DNA from: Vermamoeba vermiformis
Lineage: Eukaryota
Direction: 5' to 3'
NCBI GenBank assembly: GCA_045837725.1
Contig: JBEWZL010000003.1
Location: 248,001 to 312,000 of the forward strand
DNA length: 64,000 nucleotides
Shown here: positions 60,094 through 64,000 of the stretch, piece after piece
Position numbering within the stretch: the stretch's first letter is position 1
How the letters are laid out: each line of letters starts with the position of its first letter
Notes under the pieces: generated by a model
The model's database searches: none
Seen by the model: the letters and a program-made list of their open reading frames with translations, nothing else
What the model was told of the DNA's origin: nothing
Position numbers and translations under genes: made by a program

Positions 60094-61214
60094 TTATTGC
60101 GTCAGATCCGAAAAATTGCGGAAATTAGGTCTCGGTGCAAACAAATTAGGATCATAAAGACTGATATCCACTTTGTACTTATTCTTCATCAATTCGTCCA
60201 ATTCTCGTCCCCAAAATAATCCTTCGCAAGCGTAATTGGTATAGACACCCCATTCACGTCCTGGTTGAATAGCATACTCGAGATTATCACCGTCGAGGAA
60301 GATTGGCTCGGATCTGTTGTAGCGGTTAAACCTTATATATTTGTGAGTGTCCTTGGCTTCAGGCAATGCTTCAGGAATTGGTCTGCTGCATAATACTTTT
60401 GAATGCACCATGTGTATATTAACGCGCTTCGTAAAATGGTAAAAATCGATTGCTGAGATCGGATACTCTGATGGATCTGCCAAAAATCGTTCGAGTGTCA
60501 GTTCCAAGAAGCATAAATGGAACTTGATCTCTATGTCTTCGATTTTTTCCATTACATTGCGAAAGTTGTATACGAAGCCGTAGGTGTATGTAGAGGCCGA
60601 ACTGAAATTTGACTTGTACTTGAATTTATCCGGATGATCAGCGCGATCCTCTCCACGAGTAACTGTTTGCCAACCACTTCGATCCACTACATTAAGCTAT
60701 TAAAACTTAAATTCATACGAAAGGCAAGTGCAGCTGCAAGTTCAAAAGGAAAACTAGCTAACAAATCTGTCACTTACGTTCTGTTTTGTTGAGATTAATG
60801 CTCAAAAGTGCATTATCGTATTTTGTTCGTAATATAGTTGCTTTGTACCATTCATCATTGCTCGCATTAGGATTTGAAGGCAAAAAGTAACGCAGGAACA
60901 ACTTGATCTCGTGGGAGGGCTTATCAATATTAAATTCATCACTATTTTCATACGCTTTATAATAGGCATCCTTCCACGCGATCATCTATTCGACAGAATT
61001 AATTAACAAACTCAAATATCGGATCTTTAGGTAAATTAAAAATATATTTTGTTTAGGAGTCAACTCGGCTTACCTTTTTAGCCTCGTAAAATGATTTATT
61101 GGTGTATATCAAGCTTGTCATATCGTTGACAGAATTTTTAAAGCATTCTACAATTAACAACGCTTTGATCTCTGCGGGCAATAATTTGTCCATCGGTTCC
61201 TCGTGTTTCTCCAT
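60094..61214 (-). CDS. Divergent F-box-like hypothetical protein, 3 exons
   Basis: MDKLLPAEIKALLIVECF..MTSLIYTNKSFYEAKK|MIAWKDAY resembles an F-box. The C-terminal ~200 aa is unrecognised. Confidence 0.55.
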
Positions 61215-61459
61215 TATAACAATATTAAATCTATTATATGACGTCTCTTTGGTCAACTTAGCGCGTGGAATAAAACCAGAAAAAAAGTGCGTCTGGTAAA
61301 TTGCGGGGTCAATTTGGTCAAAAAGTCAGAGGAAACTTAAGGTAGGAGAGGAAGTCAATTCAATATAGTCTAGACAATGCAATCCTTTTTGATGAAGTAA
61401 AAAAGGCTACTTTATTTATTGGCCTGCCGCTGTATCACGTAACTTGCGATCAACTGATC

Positions 61460-63430
<1,971 letters not shown>

Positions 63431-63781
63431 GGCTAATAGTTATTTAAGGTACGTGGTACTATGTCTAAGCTCGACAATGAAATTAAAGATGCACCTGAAG
63501 CCATTTTGTACCTTTTTGAATCGAGCCCTGGAAGATCAGATAATTTCCACTTTTGGATCTGAGTTCCCACAGAACTTCGGCCAAACGGGCGAATCGCACA
63601 ATAAGTACACATTTAGTGCACTGATTTTTCCGAAGCAGGCGTAACAAAGAAAGAAGCGTCATTTGCCTCGGATCTTGGGCCGTTCTTTTTTTTGGTCGCT
63701 AGAATGTTCCGCAGCAAAGTATAAACATTTTGTTGGGGACAAAAGAGGCAGTTGTTTTCATTCTAAGTCCAAGACAACACC

Positions 63782-64000
63782 ATGCGCGCAGTAATTATAC
63801 TTTGCGCATTCGCATTGGCCGTTATGGCTCAGAATTCAAATCTGATCCAAAACCTTCCTGGCATGGTAACTCCTTTTAGCTTGATCGATACGATATTAAT
63901 TTTCTGTATTAGACATTCACTCCTAACTTCCGTATGTACTCTGGTTACATCTCCGTCAGCTCTAGCAAACAGCTTTTCTACTGGTAGATTTACTTTTTAA
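63782..64000 (+). CDS. Serine carboxypeptidase (S10 family), 5' part only
   Basis: Signal peptide, then LIQNLPGM|TFTPNFRMYSGYISVSSSKQLFYW, the canonical S10 N-terminal motif (LPG..F.MYSGY...LFYW). Confidence 0.85.
   Translation: MRAVIILCAFALAVMAQNSNLIQNLPGMVTPFSLIDTILIFCIRHSLLTSVCTLVTSPSALANSFSTGRFTF

Overview
This is eukaryotic, gene-dense, intron-rich DNA with short GT-AG introns and CTAAY-type branch points. It looks like a free-living protist, possibly an amoebozoan, but the taxon cannot be fixed from sequence alone. I reconstructed about 24 spliced protein genes by hand, so exon boundaries are approximate. In order: an Est1/SMG5-7-type protein (partial); a C2H2/Q-rich/SWIM/RING protein; COG4; prohibitin-2; an LRR-filamin protein; a TPR-SGNH protein; two tandem PH-ZZ-SPRY-F-box paralogs; a P2C-type ATPase with altered ion-site residues; succinyl-CoA ligase alpha; Pol III subunit RPC9 with an RGG tail; a RasGEF; a membrane F-box protein; a PIWI-clade Argonaute with an intact DEDH tetrad; two small orphan ORFs; a HEPN-motif protein with two KOW-like/Zn repeats; an OSCA/TMEM63 channel; a broken macro-WWE-PARP gene; a PA-7TM protein; an F-box-CVNH lectin; another F-box-like protein; class III ADH; and the start of a serine carboxypeptidase. 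RNA genes are tRNA-Ser(GCT), an intronic tRNA-Pro(AGG), and an SRP (7SL) RNA missed by the ORF track. The SRP RNA has a clear S-domain but no recognisable Alu domain, and is instead preceded by a tRNA-5'-half-like leader; this is the most unusual item in the window. Several single-base frameshifts and a degraded 54.3-56.8 kb segment suggest assembly or consensus errors.
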